Counted from the stretch's first letter, positions 39,401-47,931 are shown. The stretch: 64,000 nt of DNA from Bacteroidales bacterium (GCA_024762655.1 JANTHB010000001.1:20015-84014); one strand, 5' to 3'. Notes: generated from the letters alone by a model not told the origin. Made by a program: numbers and translations.

Positions 39401-41764
39401 ATGACATCACGTGTTGAAAAACTAAGAGAGCAGAGCCTGAATGCGGTCAACCGCATCTCGCCCGAGCGGGCCGTGCTGATCACGGAATTCTACAAGAGCC
39501 AGGATGCCCGGGGCCGGTCGGTCCCGGTGCAGCGGGCGCTGGCGCTGGATCATTTCCTCAGCCACAAGAAACTCTGGCTGGGAGAGGGAGAGATGATCGT
39601 AGGGGAGCGTGGGCCGGCACCTAAAGCTACGCCCACCTATCCCGAGATCACCCTTCACTCGCTGAAAGACCTGGAGATCCTCGACGCCAGACCCAAGGTG
39701 TCATTTAAGGTGGAGGAAGAAGTGTACCGGGTCTACCGCGAGGAGATCATTCCTTTCTGGAGAGGCCGCACCAACCGCGACCGGCTCATGACTGCGATGG
39801 ACAAGAGCTGGCTGAACGCATATCATGCCGGCGTGTTCACTGAGTTTCAGGAGCAAAGAGCGCCGGGACATACGGTGCTGGGAGATAAAATCTATCACAA
39901 AGGGTTGATAGATCTGCAGCAGGAAATACGCCGGCAGATCCGGGCGTTGGATTATTTCCATGACCCGGAAGCGCTGGATAAACGGGAAGAGCTGACGGCC
40001 ATGAGCCTGGCTGCCGGCGCCGTGATGCGCTTTGCAGGACGCTATGCTGATCTTTTACACGGGGAGGCCGCCCGTGAGAAAGACCCCTTACGGCGCCGCG
40101 AGCTCGAAGAGATGGAGGCCGTCTGCCGGTGGGTGCCGGCCCACGCTCCCCGCACCTTCCACGAGGCTTTGCAGTACTATTGGTTTGTTCATCTGGGGGT
40201 GGTGTCGGAGCTGAATCCATGGGACTCTTTCAACCCGGGCCGTCTCGACCAGCACCTGCTGCCTTTCTACCGCAAAGGACTGGAGGAAGGTTCCCTCACG
40301 GAAGAAAAAGCCCGGGAGTTGCTATCCTGCTTCTGGGTGAAGTTCAACAACCATCCCTCGCCGCCGAAAATAGGAGTGACGGCACAGGAGAGCAACACCT
40401 ATACCGACTTTACCCTGATCAACCTGGGCGGGGTTACGCCCGGCGGGGAGGATGCCGTCAATAAACTGACCTTCCTGATCCTGGATGTGATAGAAGAGAT
40501 GCGACTCCTGCAACCCTCCTCCATGATCCAGGTGAGCCGGAAAAACCCGGACCGGTTTATTCACCGGGCGCTGGATATTATCAAGACCGGTTTCGGACAA
40601 CCCTCTGTGTTCAATACCGATGCTATCGTGGCAGAACTGGTACGGCAGGGTAAGGACATTGAAGATGCCCGGAGAGGAGGCGCCAGTGGTTGTGTGGAAT
40701 CGGGGGCATTCGGGACCGAAGCCTATATCCTTACCGGATATTTTAATTTCAACAAAGTGCTGGAGGTAACCCTGCACGACGGGACGGACCCACGCAGCGG
40801 GAAAAAGATCGGACTGACGACCGGCGATCCGCGCGGGTTTAAGAGTTTTGAAGAACTGATGCAGGCCTTTGAGAAGCAGATGAATTATTTCCTTGACATA
40901 AAGATCAGAGGAAATAATATCATCGAAAGGATCAATGCCCGGTATCTGCCGGCGCCGTTTCTGTCTTTATTCATTGACGATTGCATTGCCAACGGCAGGG
41001 ACTACAACGCAGGCGGGGCCCGCTATAATACCAGCTACATCCAGGGGGTGGGGCTCGGAAGCATTACGGACAACCTCACCTCTTTGAAATACCATGTTTT
41101 TGATAAAAAAGATATTTCCATGTCTTCCATGCTGAATATGCTGGAAAAGAATTTTGACGGGTATGATGAGATCCGGCACGACCTGGTGTATATGACCCCT
41201 AAATTCGGGAACGATGACGACTATGCCGACGTGAAGGCACGGGAGGTCTTTGAGATATTTTTTGAAGCGGTGGACGGTAGGCCTTCTTCACGTGGCGGGA
41301 CGTTTCGCATCAACCTGTTGCCCACGACCAGTCATGTGTATTTCGGGTCGGTGATCGGTGCCATGCCCGACGGGCGAAAAGCCGGAGAACCTCTTTCGGA
41401 AGGCATCTCGCCGGTGCAGGGCGCCGACCGTCAGGGTCCGACATCTGTGATCAGATCGGTCTCAAAGATCGATCATTTGCGAACGGGAGGGACCCTGTTG
41501 AACCAGAAATTCTCACCGGAATTTTTCAGCGATCAGGATGCCAAACAAAAGCTGACTGCTTTAATTCGTTCTTATTTCCGGTTGGACGGTCATCATATCC
41601 AGTTCAACGTGGTACGTGCCGAGACCCTGCGGGATGCACAGAAACATCCTGAGAGATACCGCGACCTGATCGTACGCGTGGCCGGATACAGTGATTATTT
41701 TAATGATTTGGGAGTGGAACTGCAGAATGAGATTATAAAGAGAACGGAACATGAGGGGATGTAA
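39401..41764 (+). CDS. hypD: Glycyl radical enzyme, trans-4-hydroxy-L-proline dehydratase-like (PFL2/eliminase class)
   Basis: 787 aa from the ATG at 39401 (the ORF-track TTG at 39377 is less likely). Glycyl-radical motif RVAGYSDYF and thiyl/acid loop GGASGCVESGAFG. Long stretches match my recollection of C. difficile HypD (FTEFQEQRAPGHTV, YWFVHLGV, GRLDQHL, LLPTTSHVYFG, GGTLLNQKF, DGHHIQFNV). Confidence 0.7.
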   Translation: MTSRVEKLREQSLNAVNRISPERAVLITEFYKSQDARGRSVPVQRALALDHFLSHKKLWLGEGEMIVGERGPAPKATPTYPEITLHSLKDLEILDARPKVSFKVEEEVYRVYREEIIPFWRGRTNRDRLMTAMDKSWLNAYHAGVFTEFQEQRAPGHTVLGDKIYHKGLIDLQQEIRRQIRALDYFHDPEALDKREELTAMSLAAGAVMRFAGRYADLLHGEAAREKDPLRRRELEEMEAVCRWVPAHAPRTFHEALQYYWFVHLGVVSELNPWDSFNPGRLDQHLLPFYRKGLEEGSLTEEKARELLSCFWVKFNNHPSPPKIGVTAQESNTYTDFTLINLGGVTPGGEDAVNKLTFLILDVIEEMRLLQPSSMIQVSRKNPDRFIHRALDIIKTGFGQPSVFNTDAIVAELVRQGKDIEDARRGGASGCVESGAFGTEAYILTGYFNFNKVLEVTLHDGTDPRSGKKIGLTTGDPRGFKSFEELMQAFEKQMNYFLDIKIRGNNIIERINARYLPAPFLSLFIDDCIANGRDYNAGGARYNTSYIQGVGLGSITDNLTSLKYHVFDKKDISMSSMLNMLEKNFDGYDEIRHDLVYMTPKFGNDDDYADVKAREVFEIFFEAVDGRPSSRGGTFRINLLPTTSHVYFGSVIGAMPDGRKAGEPLSEGISPVQGADRQGPTSVIRSVSKIDHLRTGGTLLNQKFSPEFFSDQDAKQKLTALIRSYFRLDGHHIQFNVVRAETLRDAQKHPERYRDLIVRVAGYSDYFNDLGVELQNEIIKRTEHEGM

Positions 41765-41772
41765 GACAGAAG

Positions 41773-42261
41773 TCATTTTACCTCCAGGGCGATCTTCTTC
41801 ATGGCATCCCAGTCAAACTTTTTAGCCAGATCGAGAGCGGTCTGCCAATCCGTATTTTGATAGGTTAATACAAAGATAGCCGACTGCGGACTGGCAGTCA
41901 GAACGATAAATATGGCTCCGGATTTATCCGATTTGTCGTAAGAAATATAGAGGGGATAGTTCTTGATTTTCTCGGATCTTAAAAAACCTTCATCCGTTTC
42001 ATAACTGACTTTGGGGATGTCGTAAGAAGAGGCCGCTTGTCCGATCAGGACAGACCCTTCCAAAGTTGCATCACCCCGGGTATATTCACGGGTGGCTGTA
42101 ATCATGTACGTATTGTTGAAGCTTGCATCCATTCCCTGCGGACTGTCAGCATTCCATCCCGGTAGATCTATGAGTAGCGGCTTAAGTTGGTTGGAGTATT
42201 GCTGTGCCTGCAGGAGTGAAGCAGCCAGAATAAAAGCCAAAGCAATGTATAAGCGTTTCAT
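41773..42261 (-). CDS. Hypothetical secreted protein
   Basis: 162 aa with a signal peptide (MKRLYIALAFILAASLLQA). No recognisable family. Confidence 0.5.
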   Translation of the reverse strand: MKRLYIALAFILAASLLQAQQYSNQLKPLLIDLPGWNADSPQGMDASFNNTYMITATREYTRGDATLEGSVLIGQAASSYDIPKVSYETDEGFLRSEKIKNYPLYISYDKSDKSGAIFIVLTASPQSAIFVLTYQNTDWQTALDLAKKFDWDAMKKIALEVK

Positions 42262-42489
42262 GACGGTTGATTTTTTAATGAGTTTGTAAGCGATTAAATC
42301 AAAATAAATAAAAAGTTTCTAATCAAACAAATACACAGGAAAAAGATTTATGAATGACGGTTTTTTGGGGATGAAAGGATAAGTGTAAGTCCGGTTTCTT
42401 CCAGGTGCATGGCTTGTATCATACGTTCCCGTCCGGTCATAATGAGTTATGTGTTTAAATGTTTTCGAAGGTTAATGAAGATTGGGGAA

Positions 42490-42529
42490 ATGGAATAATG
42501 GAAAGATGGAAGAATGGCATGATGGAATG
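42490..42529. repeat. Degenerate 8-nt tandem repeat (ATGGAANN x5), C-depleted
   Basis: atggaata atggaaag atggaaga atggcatg atggaatg, read directly. Confidence 0.75.
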
Positions 42530-42584
42530 AGTAAATGATAGAATACTTTGCCCGTCCGAAGCCTTAGCGAAGGCGGGAATAAAT

Positions 42585-42606
42585 GATTGATTGATTGATT
42601 GATTGA
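42585..42606. repeat. Tetranucleotide repeat (GATT)5
   Basis: gattgattgattgattgattga, read directly. Confidence 0.9.
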
Positions 42607-42692
42607 ATGAAGGAATGATGGGAGGATGGTATATTTATCAGTATTGTTTTTGAGCAATTATAAGAATAAACTTTAATCAAAAAATTCCTCGG

Positions 42693-42735
42693 GGCTTCCG
42701 CCCGGCTGAAGACGTTCGGACGGGTTGCCCCGGGG
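42693..42735. repeat. REP-like GC-rich hairpin element, copy B
   Basis: ggcttccgcccggctga...tcggacggg... shares 16/17 and 9/9 nt blocks with copy C at 42900-42942. An inverted degenerate copy lies at 42550-42577. Confidence 0.65.
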
Positions 42736-42899
42736 TTCCGCTTGTACCTCTCCTTGAGGAGAGGTCAAAACTTTCGGTGAAAGTTTTGGGAGAGGTGAAA
42801 CAAAAAATTTCGGTTTTTGTACCTTTAGGTCAAAATAAAACGAGCGCCTGCCGATTGCCTGCCGGCAGGGTAGGCAGGGCAGGCAGGAAATACTCTGAT

Positions 42900-42942
42900 G
42901 GCTTCTGCCCGGCTGACGCCAGTCGGACGGGCAGCTTCGGGG
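42900..42942. repeat. REP-like GC-rich hairpin element, copy C
   Basis: ggcttctgcccggctgacgccagtcggacgggcagcttcgggg. It folds with a ctgcccg/cgggcag outer stem and a gac/gtc inner stem. Confidence 0.65.
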
Positions 42943-43000
42943 ATAGTTCGTTTTAAGAAATGTTTTATTTTAGGGCACTGTAATAAGACAAGAAAAGATC

Positions 43001-45340
43001 ATGAAAGTTGTAAAGCTGTTTTTTTTTCTGACCGTATTGATGCAGTTAAATGGTATCGCTCAATCTGCTGAAGATATCATTGTGTATAAAATTGGTTTGG
43101 GCGACTCCCAATATGGCTACCGTATTCCGTCCCTGGTGACTACCCGGGAAGGGACGCTGCTTGCCTTTGCGGAAAGAAGGGTAGGACTAGGGGATCATGC
43201 TCAAAATGATATTGTAGTTCGAAGGTCTGCCGATAACGGGAAAACATGGAGTTCTGTTCACGTAATTGCCGATTATGGGAAAAGCTCACTCAACGACCCT
43301 ATGGCCGTGGTACTCTCGTCCGGGCGCATCCTGCTGATCTTTCAGGAATATCCGTATGGTATCCATTCCCGTAACAGCGGCTGGATACAGATGGCGGATG
43401 AGGGATATGACGGTCCGCGCAACACCCACAGCTGGCTGACATCCAGCGATGATGACGGTCTGTCCTGGAGCCGGCCCCGGGAAATCACCGGCATGATCCG
43501 GCCCCACGACCGTATATCGGTGGGAAGTCCCGGTATCGGGATACAACTGAAAAGAGGGAAATTTGAAGGACGGATTGTTATCCCCCTTTATCTTACGAAA
43601 AAGATTGATGACAACAACCGGGTTTGGACCAATGCGGTAGCCTGGAGCGATGATGAAGGGAAAACATGGAAGATTAGCAATGATATGCACCGGGAAGGGC
43701 AGACCGGCTATGGCAATGAAGCCCAGGTAGCAGAACTGTCCGACGGTAGTGTTCTGTTTGTGGCCCGCAATCAGGGAGGACTCTACCGGCAGGTGTCGGT
43801 AAGCCGTGACGGTGGACGCACCTGGTCGCCTATGCGTCTTGATTTCGGACTGCCGGGAACTGCGTGTCAGGGATCATTGCTGGGCATTGACGCTCCTGAG
43901 AAAGAAGGTCGTCTGATACTACAGGCTTCTCCGGCCAATAAATATGCCCGGAATACCGGAACAATACGCATGAGTGATGATGAGGGTAAAAACTGGAAAT
44001 ACAGCCGCACCGTTACCCCTGCTTTTTTTGCCTATTCTTGTCTGACACAGCTTCAGAACGATCAGATCGGATTATTGTACGAAGCGGATCACTACCGTAC
44101 CATCCGCTTCAGGAAGTTCTCATTGGATTGGATCAGAAAAGGCGATGAGGAGACCAAACCAGCACCTTATTTGAGGATTCCCGTGATTGACCTGGACGGG
44201 GACAGATCGCGGCAGATAGTGGTGGATAAGGAAAAAGGACAATACCTGGGTCACCCCACCACGTTATTGCTGGAAGACGGGAAGACCATGCTGGTGGTCT
44301 ACCCGGAAGGACACGGCAGGGGACAGATCGTATACAAACGCAGTGCCGACGGAGGACGCACCTGGAGTGAAAGACTTCCTGTCCCGGCATCCTGGAAGAC
44401 CTCCAAAGAGGTACCTACCTTGTTCCGGACCATGGATAAATACGGGAAGAAGAGAATCCTTCTTTGGTCGGGATTGTACCCTGCACGGTTCTCTGTATCG
44501 GAAGATAACGGAGCTTCCTGGAGTGAGCTGGAACCCGCCGGCACCTGGGGCGGTATCGTGGTGATGGCTTGTATGACCCCCGTAAATACCGGGAAAGGAC
44601 ATTACATGGCTATGTTCCATGACGACATGAGATTCTTTACACGAAAGGGCCCCGAATGGTATAAAAATGATAAAAAAGACTTCAACAGTCGTATGTTTAC
44701 GTTGTATAAAACTTTTTCCGACGACGGGGGCCTGATCTGGACCTATCCTGAAGCCGTTGTTCAATCCAGGGAAATACACATTTGCGAGCCGGGTATTATC
44801 CGTTCACCGGATGGGACACAACTGGCGGTGCTATTGCGGGAAAACAGCCGCAGGGACCATTCACAGATCATTTTTTCCAATGATGAAGGAAAGAGCTGGA
44901 GCCGTCCCCGGCCGCTCCCCAACGAACTGACCGGCGACAGACATGTGCTGAAATATGCGCCGGACGGACGACTTGTGGTCGTTTTTCGGGATGTGAGCCC
45001 GGAAAGTTTTCATCGTGAGTTGATCGGGATGGCCAAAGAAAAACACGAATCCAATTACAGCAAGGTCGCGGAAGAAACAGGACTGGGCAGCCCGACGGAA
45101 GGAGACTGGGTCGCCTGGGTGGGGACCTATGACGACCTGGTACACGGTGGGAAAGGTGAGTACAGGATAAGATTAAAAGATAACAAGGTCGGATGGGATT
45201 GTGCCTATGCCGGACTGGAGTTGTTGCCTGACGGAACCTTTGTTACCACTACCTATGGACATTGGGAGAAGAATGAACAGCCTTATATTCTAAGTGTAAG
45301 GTTTAATTTGAAAGAGTTGGATGAGAGAAATGAGAAATGA
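43001..45340 (+). CDS. Secreted two-propeller BNR/Asp-box protein: N-terminal GH33 sialidase-like domain plus second BNR propeller
   Basis: 779 aa with a signal peptide. The N-half has the sialidase YRIPSL motif and Asp-boxes SADNGKTWS, SDDDGLSWS, SDDEGKTWK, SRDGGRTWS and SDDEGKNWK. The C-half has SADGGRTWS, SEDNGASWS, SDDGGLIWT and SNDEGKSWS but no RIP motif. Confidence 0.75.
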   Translation: MKVVKLFFFLTVLMQLNGIAQSAEDIIVYKIGLGDSQYGYRIPSLVTTREGTLLAFAERRVGLGDHAQNDIVVRRSADNGKTWSSVHVIADYGKSSLNDPMAVVLSSGRILLIFQEYPYGIHSRNSGWIQMADEGYDGPRNTHSWLTSSDDDGLSWSRPREITGMIRPHDRISVGSPGIGIQLKRGKFEGRIVIPLYLTKKIDDNNRVWTNAVAWSDDEGKTWKISNDMHREGQTGYGNEAQVAELSDGSVLFVARNQGGLYRQVSVSRDGGRTWSPMRLDFGLPGTACQGSLLGIDAPEKEGRLILQASPANKYARNTGTIRMSDDEGKNWKYSRTVTPAFFAYSCLTQLQNDQIGLLYEADHYRTIRFRKFSLDWIRKGDEETKPAPYLRIPVIDLDGDRSRQIVVDKEKGQYLGHPTTLLLEDGKTMLVVYPEGHGRGQIVYKRSADGGRTWSERLPVPASWKTSKEVPTLFRTMDKYGKKRILLWSGLYPARFSVSEDNGASWSELEPAGTWGGIVVMACMTPVNTGKGHYMAMFHDDMRFFTRKGPEWYKNDKKDFNSRMFTLYKTFSDDGGLIWTYPEAVVQSREIHICEPGIIRSPDGTQLAVLLRENSRRDHSQIIFSNDEGKSWSRPRPLPNELTGDRHVLKYAPDGRLVVVFRDVSPESFHRELIGMAKEKHESNYSKVAEETGLGSPTEGDWVAWVGTYDDLVHGGKGEYRIRLKDNKVGWDCAYAGLELLPDGTFVTTTYGHWEKNEQPYILSVRFNLKELDERNEK

Positions 45341-45554
45341 GAAATGAGAAGTTAGAAGGGAGAATTAAAGTTAAATGCATAAATATTTTGGAAGTCGGAA
45401 GGGAAGAATATCCTGATATAAAAAAAGTTAAAGGAATGATGACCTTATTTGTGTAAAAACAATTTGGCTAATATCTGTAGACAAGAAACGGGAGAGCCGG
45501 TCTTATATTTTGTAAAAGAAACAGTTAAGCCGATGTTGTGAGTAAAAATATATT

Positions 45555-45562
45555 TATATTTG
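45555..45562 (+). promoter_or_regulatory. Bacteroidota -7 promoter element (TAnnTTTG) upstream of the corrinoid protein gene
   Basis: tatatttg lies 30 nt upstream of the ATG at 45592. Confidence 0.45.
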
Positions 45563-45591
45563 GGGCAACATCGAATTAAAACCCTATAAAA

Positions 45592-46266
45592 ATGGTAGAT
45601 ATTCTTGAAAAACTGACGATTGTTGTAAAACGGGGGAAAGCGGATAAGAATTCGCCTTATCCTCCGGATCTGAAAGGTCAGGACGGCGCTGATGAGCTTA
45701 CGGCCGAAGCCTTGAAAATGGGGTTTACGCCGGACGAAGTATTGCAAAAAGCGCTGGTCAAAGGGATGCACCTGATCGGTGAGGATTTTAGTGCCGGCAG
45801 GGCTTTTGTCCCGGAGATGCTGATGGCTGCCAAGGCTATGAAAGCAGCCATGAAGCATATCGAGCCTTTTTTTAAGTCCGGTTCGGTGAAACAAAAAGGT
45901 ACCGTAATCATGGGAACGGTGCAGGGAGACCTGCATGATATCGGGAAAAACCTGGTGGCCATGATGATCGAAGGAGCCGGTTGGAAAGTGGTCGACCTGG
46001 GTTCCGATACCTCTTTTGAAAAGTTCTTGGCTGCCCTTGAAGAATATCCGGACGCTATTGTAGGCATGTCCGCCCTGCTAACGACTACCATGGTCAACAT
46101 GAAAGGAATCACAGAAAAGATCAAGGAGGTGAGTCCGAAGACGATTGTGATGGTGGGCGGAGCGCCCCTTTCACAGGATTTCTGCACCCAGATCGGGGCC
46201 GATTTCTATTCGCCCGATCCTCAGGGAGCTACGGAGTACCTGGATGCTCTGGTGAAAAGTGCATAG
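45592..46266 (+). CDS. Methyltransferase-cognate corrinoid (B12-binding) protein
   Basis: 224 aa. Helical cap domain followed by a Rossmann B12-binding domain with DxHxxG (GDLHDIGKN), SALLTTT and GGAPL blocks. Confidence 0.85.
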   Translation: MVDILEKLTIVVKRGKADKNSPYPPDLKGQDGADELTAEALKMGFTPDEVLQKALVKGMHLIGEDFSAGRAFVPEMLMAAKAMKAAMKHIEPFFKSGSVKQKGTVIMGTVQGDLHDIGKNLVAMMIEGAGWKVVDLGSDTSFEKFLAALEEYPDAIVGMSALLTTTMVNMKGITEKIKEVSPKTIVMVGGAPLSQDFCTQIGADFYSPDPQGATEYLDALVKSA

Positions 46267-46312
46267 TTTGTGGCTTTGCCAGGCGTATCCGCCAATCGGC
46301 GGAGGAGTTGGG

Positions 46313-46382
46313 TTTGTAGTTTGTAGTTTGAGGTTTGTAGTTTGAGGTTTGTGGTTTGTAGTTTGTAGTTTGTACTTTGTGG
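46313..46382. repeat. Heptanucleotide tandem repeat (TTTGTAG-like x10), nearly C-free on the plus strand
   Basis: tttgtag tttgtag tttgagg tttgtag tttgagg tttgtgg tttgtag tttgtag tttgtac tttgtgg, read directly. It lies between the corrinoid protein and the activase genes. Confidence 0.9.
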
Positions 46383-46437
46383 TTATTGTGAGCATTGATA
46401 AATTTTCACGTAACATTTTTCACTCCGGACTCAATAG

Positions 46438-47931
46438 ATGAAAGATCATTTTACAGTACATCTGGAGCCTTTGGGAAAGAAGGTGGAGGTGCCGGAGGGA
46501 ACCCCTTTGAAAGACGTATTGTTTTCCTACGGGGTGGAATTTCCCTGTGGAGGAAAAGGGATCTGTGGCGGATGCCGGGTGAAGGTGTTGAAAGGGGATG
46601 TATCTTTCGATGAACGACACAGGAGCCTGCTGGAGAAACTAAATCTGGATTTTTCCTGGCGGCTGGCATGCCAGAGTTATGTTACAGGAGATGTTACTCT
46701 GGAAATCGGACAGTTCGACACATTTATCCTGGCCGATAGTTCTCCTTTTCTTTTTAAGCCGCAGGAAGGATATGGCATTGCCTTTGACCTGGGTACCACA
46801 ACCATGGTGACCCAACTGGTCAACCTGAAAACCGGAAAGGTAATAGGAGTGGAGACCGCTGTAAATCCGCAGGCACAACATGGGGCGGATGTGATCTCCC
46901 GCATCGAATATGCCGTGTTGCAGGATGGACAGGCAACGCTTACCCGCCTGGTACGTGAGAAATTTGCCACCATGATCCACCGCCTGATCAGGAAAGCCGG
47001 AGGTATAGCTCCGGAAAAAATTGTAGTGGTAGGCAACACAGTGATGCATCATCTTTTTTGCGGCAGGGATCTGACACCCATGGCCTCTTATCCTTTTGAA
47101 ACCCCGGAGGGGGGCGCTTGTCATTTTACACCGGAAGAACTGGGTTTAAAAACGGATGATCATACGGATATTGAATTTCTTCCGGTGCTGGGCAGTTTCG
47201 TAGGAAGCGATATCCTGGCGGGCATCCTGGCCACAGGCATGGCAGAGAGCAAGGATCCTTTAATTCTGGTGGACCTGGGGACAAATGGGGAGATCGTAGT
47301 GGGAAACAGAGACAGGATCCTATGTGCCTCGACGGCAGCAGGCCCTGCCTTTGAAGGTACCAATATCCATATGGGCATGCGTGCCACAACAGGGGCCATC
47401 TCCTCGGTGACAAGGTCAGAGGAGGCAATCAGGGTGCATATAATCGGCAATGAGAAAGCCCGGGGGATCTGCGGCAGCGGACTGATAGATGCCATTGCGG
47501 TCTTTCTGGAAACCGGTAAAATTGATATCGGCGGCAGGATCAAAGGAGAATCCGGCCGTATTGACCTCACACCCGAAGTTTTTCTTACCCAAAAAGATAT
47601 TCGTGAATTGCAGCTGGCCAAAGGGGCTGTGGCTTCAGGCATTCAAATCCTGAGGGAAACGCTGGGCTTTGCCCCGGAAGATATCCGGAATGTGTATGTG
47701 TCCGGTGCTTTCGGTAGCTTTATCAATCTCGAAAATACCCGCCGGATTGGTTTGCTGAAATATCCGGCGGATAAGATCATCAAGATGGGAAATACGGCCC
47801 TGCTGGGGGCAAAAATGTCACTTTTTGAAAATGGAGATAAGATACGTGACATCCTGCAGAAAACCATCCATCTGTCTCTGGAAACCAATCCTGATTTTCA
47901 GGATATTTTTGCAGAGAACATGATATTCTGA
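46438..47931 (+). CDS. RACo/RamA-type reductive activator of corrinoid enzymes (2Fe-2S ferredoxin domain + ASKHA/DUF4445 ATPase)
   Basis: 497 aa. N-terminal ferredoxin Cys pattern CGGKGICGGC...C, then an actin-fold ATPase body (GIAFDLGTTTMV, DLGTNGEIV). Confidence 0.8.
   Translation: MKDHFTVHLEPLGKKVEVPEGTPLKDVLFSYGVEFPCGGKGICGGCRVKVLKGDVSFDERHRSLLEKLNLDFSWRLACQSYVTGDVTLEIGQFDTFILADSSPFLFKPQEGYGIAFDLGTTTMVTQLVNLKTGKVIGVETAVNPQAQHGADVISRIEYAVLQDGQATLTRLVREKFATMIHRLIRKAGGIAPEKIVVVGNTVMHHLFCGRDLTPMASYPFETPEGGACHFTPEELGLKTDDHTDIEFLPVLGSFVGSDILAGILATGMAESKDPLILVDLGTNGEIVVGNRDRILCASTAAGPAFEGTNIHMGMRATTGAISSVTRSEEAIRVHIIGNEKARGICGSGLIDAIAVFLETGKIDIGGRIKGESGRIDLTPEVFLTQKDIRELQLAKGAVASGIQILRETLGFAPEDIRNVYVSGAFGSFINLENTRRIGLLKYPADKIIKMGNTALLGAKMSLFENGDKIRDILQKTIHLSLETNPDFQDIFAENMIF

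Noticed and set aside
45341-45591. Cobalamin riboswitch upstream of the corrinoid protein gene.
   Set aside because: No B12-box-like core or the expected multi-stem junction could be found. The region is mostly AT/G-rich low-complexity sequence plus a TAnnTTTG promoter motif.
46313-46382. Could the tandem repeats (here and at 38128, 42490, 42585, 60419) be CRISPR arrays?
   Set aside because: The periods are 4-14 nt with no unique spacers and no cas genes, so these are simple tandem repeats, not CRISPR.
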